Positions 53,612-54,977 of a stretch of 54,977 nt of DNA are shown one piece after another. A program made the position numbers and the translations under genes. The notes under the pieces are model-generated. The model was given only the letters and a program-made list of their open reading frames with translations, had not been told where the DNA came from and did no database searches. Origin of the DNA: Bacteroidota bacterium (lineage in GTDB: Bacteria; Bacteroidota; Bacteroidia; UKL13-3); assembly GCA_947481365.1 (NCBI GenBank), contig CANKGI010000001.1, positions 1-54,977 on the forward strand. The letters are read 5' to 3'. Each line of letters begins with the position of its first letter. Position 1 is the first letter of the stretch.

Positions 53612-54964
53612 TTAAATTTCATTCTCCCATTTTGCTACAACATAAGTTGCGAGGCAATTTCCTAAAACATTTACTGAAGTTCTTGCCATGTCCATTAAAG
53701 CATCAATAGCTAAAATGGCAAATGCTTTATGCGGATCTAATCCGAGTGACGAAACTGTACTGATTAAAATTAAAAACGATGCGCCTCTTACTCCTGCAAC
53801 GCCTTTTGATGTAAGCATTAATATCACACACATTTGAATTTGTTGTGCTAAGGTTAAATCAAGTCCACATGCCTGAGCAATAAATACTGATGCAAGAGAA
53901 AGGTATAAAGTTGTACCGTCTAAATTAAAACTGTAACCAGTGGGTAAAACAAATGCAACTACCTTTCGCGGAATCCCCATTTTTTCTAAGTTCTCCATCG
54001 CTTTTGGCAATGCAGCTTCAGAGCTGGCAGTTGCAAATGCAATTGATACAGGTTCGCTTACGGCAGCAATAAATTTTTTGAATGGAAGTTTAACAAGCAG
54101 TCCAATAGGTACAAAAACAAACAATACAAAAACGACTAATGCTGCATACAATGTAATCAGCAAATAAATGAGGTCTTTGAGCACACCTAAGCCCAATGAA
54201 GCAACCGAATAAGCAATAGCACCACCAACTGCAAAAGGAGCAAATTTCATCACGATATCGGTAAATTTAAACATCACTTCACTTAAACTTTCGCAAAATT
54301 CGAGCATTGTTTTTTTCTTTTCGCCACTAACCAAGGCCAGCGCTATTCCGAATAAAATGCTAAAAATTACAATTTGTAAAACCTGATTATCGGCAATAGA
54401 TTTTGCAATGTTTTCGGGAAAAATATCGAGGATAAAATGGTGTGATTGTTTTTGTTCAATGAGAGCATTTGCCTTTTCAATTTGATTGGCTTGCGCTTCC
54501 AATGACGAACCAACACCTGCTTTTGAAATATTGATGGCAGCTAGTCCGATAAACAATGCAATGGTTGTTACTATCTCAAAATAGATAATGGCTTTTATTC
54601 CCATTCTTCCAACTTGCTTTAAGTTTGAATGTCCGGCAATTCCTACAACCAATGTTGCAAAAAGGAGAGGAGCGATAATGGTTTTTATCAGTCGAAGAAA
54701 AATATCGCTGAGCACTTTAAGTTGTAGAGCAATTTCTTTGAAGTCGTGTCCTACTTCAATTCCGATAAACATGGCAACTAAAATGCTTGTTGTGAGCGAG
54801 CGTTTTTTTATGGCATAAAAGATGAGTAGTCCAACAATAACCAATCGTAGGCTCGATAATAAATAAAAATTCATTTCGAGTAATGCATACCATTGAAGTG
54901 CATGCAGTGTTGAAACTGCACCAATAAATAGTAATGAAATGAAGAGTAGTTTTTTAGAATCCAT
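53612..54964 (-). CDS. Dicarboxylate/amino acid:cation symporter (DAACS/GltP family)
   Basis: 450 aa, polytopic. 'SSEAALP', 'VLPTGYSFNLDGT' and 'DALMDMARTSVNVLGN'. Confidence 0.85.
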   Translation of the reverse strand: MDSKKLLFISLLFIGAVSTLHALQWYALLEMNFYLLSSLRLVIVGLLIFYAIKKRSLTTSILVAMFIGIEVGHDFKEIALQLKVLSDIFLRLIKTIIAPLLFATLVVGIAGHSNLKQVGRMGIKAIIYFEIVTTIALFIGLAAINISKAGVGSSLEAQANQIEKANALIEQKQSHHFILDIFPENIAKSIADNQVLQIVIFSILFGIALALVSGEKKKTMLEFCESLSEVMFKFTDIVMKFAPFAVGGAIAYSVASLGLGVLKDLIYLLITLYAALVVFVLFVFVPIGLLVKLPFKKFIAAVSEPVSIAFATASSEAALPKAMENLEKMGIPRKVVAFVLPTGYSFNLDGTTLYLSLASVFIAQACGLDLTLAQQIQMCVILMLTSKGVAGVRGASFLILISTVSSLGLDPHKAFAILAIDALMDMARTSVNVLGNCLATYVVAKWENEI

Positions 54965-54977
54965 TACTTCAAGTTTA

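Overview
AT-rich chromosomal segment that looks like Bacteroidota. The evidence is three proteins with T9SS C-terminal sorting domains, a fused CcoN-CcoO oxidase subunit, and TTTG/TAnnTTTG-type promoters. Nearly all long ORFs in the track are real genes. In order they are: a 5'-truncated Ig-repeat T9SS adhesin; tilS; an OstA-like protein; a 2858-aa T9SS surface protein (three beta-helix modules, a MAM-like domain, six PKD domains); an acyl-CoA thioesterase; atpD-atpC; a Dpm1-like GT2; a GmhB-like HAD phosphatase; rpe; a TonB-dependent-receptor-like OMP; a prokaryotic pentameric ligand-gated ion channel homolog; an SRP RNA (ffs) hidden under a spurious ORF extension; an acyl-CoA carboxylase beta subunit; a RAYT-type Y1 transposase flanked by inverted REP-like hairpins; a GreA-like protein; an LpxL-family acyltransferase; an OM beta-barrel; an amidohydrolase; a MarR-headed island (YceI-pirin, YceI-pirin, FMN reductase, exported DOPA-dioxygenase-like enzyme); a DUF4143 AAA ATPase bracketed by 48-bp direct repeats; a four-gene translationally coupled module (GT-C, polyprenyl-P GT2, CE4 deacetylase, fhs); a complete cbb3 oxidase locus (usp-ccoI-ccoS / ccoNO-ccoQ-ccoP / ccoG-fixH-Cys-motif membrane protein); an OMP; a DUF1801 protein; a DnaQ/GIY-YIG fusion; pepP; a T9SS C-type lectin; and a DAACS symporter. 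I found no CRISPR array, tRNA, rRNA, prophage or canonical defence island. The best candidates for something undescribed are the Arn/Lgm-like envelope-modification operon coupled to fhs, the RAYT/REP cassette together with the other hairpin repeat families, the repeat-bracketed ATPase cassette, the MarR/YceI/pirin island with its 37-bp palindromic operator, and a shared palindrome-plus-44-nt promoter architecture in front of two cbb3 transcription units. All functional calls come from motif recognition by eye. No database search was run.
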